The notes beneath the pieces were generated by a model. The model did not search any database. It was not told the DNA's origin and was given only the letters and a program-made list of their open reading frames with translations. Of a stretch of 32,000 nt of DNA, positions 31,174 through 32,000 are shown piece after piece (position 1 is the first letter of the stretch; each line of letters starts with the position of its first letter). The position numbers were made by a program, and so were the translations under genes. The stretch is from Nonlabens ponticola (GTDB lineage: Bacteria > Bacteroidota > Bacteroidia > Flavobacteriales > Flavobacteriaceae), in NCBI RefSeq assembly GCF_003966335.1, contig NZ_CP034549.1, forward strand, positions 2,640,001 through 2,672,000. Reading direction: 5' to 3'.

Positions 31174-31227
31174 TAACAAATTGCAATAGCAATTAAAAAT
31201 CACTAATAGGCAATAAATTAGACCAAC

Positions 31228-32000
31228 ATGACCATACTAGACGGTAAAAAAACCAGCAATGACATCAAGAACGAGATCACATCGATTGTCGATGAGATGA
31301 AGGCCAACGGCGAGAAAGTACCGCATCTAGCCGCTGTAATAGTTGGTAATGATGGTGCAAGTCTTACTTATGTAGGTTCAAAGGTACGTGCCTGTGAGCG
31401 TGTAGGTTTTGAGAGTACGATGGTGCGCATGCCTAATACGACTAGCGAGACTGAGCTACTACGCGAGATCAAAAAGCTCAACGACAATCCAGAAATTGAT
31501 GGTTTCATCGTACAGTTACCGTTGCCTAAACAAATTGATACTCAAAAGGTATTGATGGCGGTCGATCCAGATAAGGATGTGGATGGGTTCCACCCTACTA
31601 ACTTTGGACGTATGGCGCTGGATATGAGTACGTTTATTCCTGCAACGCCTTTTGGGATTCTAGAACTATTAGATCGCTATGATGTGCAAACTAAGGGAAA
31701 ACACACGGTTGTAATAGGTCGTTCACACATTGTGGGTCGCCCTATGAGTATCTTGATGGGAAGAAAAGGCTTTCCAGGTAATTCTACGGTTACCTTGACA
31801 CACAGCCATACCAAAAATATTACCCAGATCACCTCACAAGCTGACATCATTATTACAGCCTTAGGCGTTCCAGGATTTTTGAAAGCGGAAATGGTAAAAG
31901 ATGGCGCCGTTATTATTGACGTAGGAATCACTCGAGTTCCTGACGAGTCTCGAGAGCGCGGTTATTACATTACGGGCGATGTGGATTTTGAGAATGTTTC
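31228..32000 (+). CDS. folD: Bifunctional methylenetetrahydrofolate dehydrogenase / methenyltetrahydrofolate cyclohydrolase FolD, 5' part; the gene runs off the right edge
   Basis: Absent from the ORF track because it is open-ended. My translation from the ATG at 31228 gives MTILDGKKTSNDIKNEITSIVDEMKANGEKVPHLAAVIVGNDGASLTYVGSKVRACERVGF...VDGFHPTNFGRMAL...VVIGRSHIVGRPMS...DVGITRV. This is the canonical FolD pattern, with no stop up to nt 32000. Confidence 0.9.
   Translation, partial: MTILDGKKTSNDIKNEITSIVDEMKANGEKVPHLAAVIVGNDGASLTYVGSKVRACERVGFESTMVRMPNTTSETELLREIKKLNDNPEIDGFIVQLPLPKQIDTQKVLMAVDPDKDVDGFHPTNFGRMALDMSTFIPATPFGILELLDRYDVQTKGKHTVVIGRSHIVGRPMSILMGRKGFPGNSTVTLTHSHTKNITQITSQADIIITALGVPGFLKAEMVKDGAVIIDVGITRVPDESRERGYYITGDVDFENV

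Noticed and set aside
1-32000. Search for CRISPR arrays, tRNA/rRNA genes, IS elements, integrases, toxin-antitoxin pairs and classic defence genes
   Set aside because: I saw no regularly spaced direct repeats, no cloverleaf-like or rRNA-like segments in the intergenic regions, and no transposase, integrase or recombinase-like ORF. The only multi-copy element is the 14-16-bp palindrome, which lacks spacers and the regular period of a CRISPR.

Overview
This looks like a chromosomal segment of a Bacteroidota genome, most likely a marine Flavobacteriia member. The basis is a SusC/SusD pair, lipoprotein-rich gene content, TAnnTTTG-type promoter boxes and AT-rich intergenic DNA; no database search was possible. 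Layout: (1) nt 1-10704, all on the minus strand, is a laminarin-type polysaccharide utilisation locus (PUL). It holds a transmembrane propeller/Y_Y_Y/LuxR-HTH regulator, SusC, SusD, a surface glycan-binding lipoprotein (2 PKD-like domains plus 3 tandem CBM-like modules) and the 5' part of a GH16 laminarinase that runs off the left edge. (2) nt 10755-18092 holds a DEDDh exonuclease, two coupled small secreted proteins, an acyltransferase / small membrane protein / DegT aminotransferase / Wzx flippase operon (amino-sugar module), and typA. (3) nt 18477-26562 is the most unusual part. Two convergent, tightly coupled operons encode a UbiA-like membrane protein, a rifampicin-phosphotransferase-architecture PEP-utilising enzyme, a GNAT-like protein, an APH/EcKL-like kinase, a BtaA-like (DUF3419) SAM aminocarboxypropyl transferase and a short adenylate-forming enzyme. 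I cannot map this combination to any described pathway. (4) nt 26949-32000 is housekeeping: HAD phosphatase, FKBP PPIase, bacterial PH-domain protein, ffh, a four-helix-bundle (23S IVS-type) gene in repeat-rich flanks, and the 5' part of folD, which runs off the right edge. A second notable signal is a perfect palindrome, core GCTTTCGCGAAAGC, present 6 times, plus one 13/14 copy and one copy split by a 21-nt hairpin inside the aminotransferase CDS. All five intergenic copies sit in divergent promoter regions, and all three intragenic copies are read as Ala-Phe...Ala-Lys. I found no rRNA, tRNA, CRISPR array, transposase or integrase.
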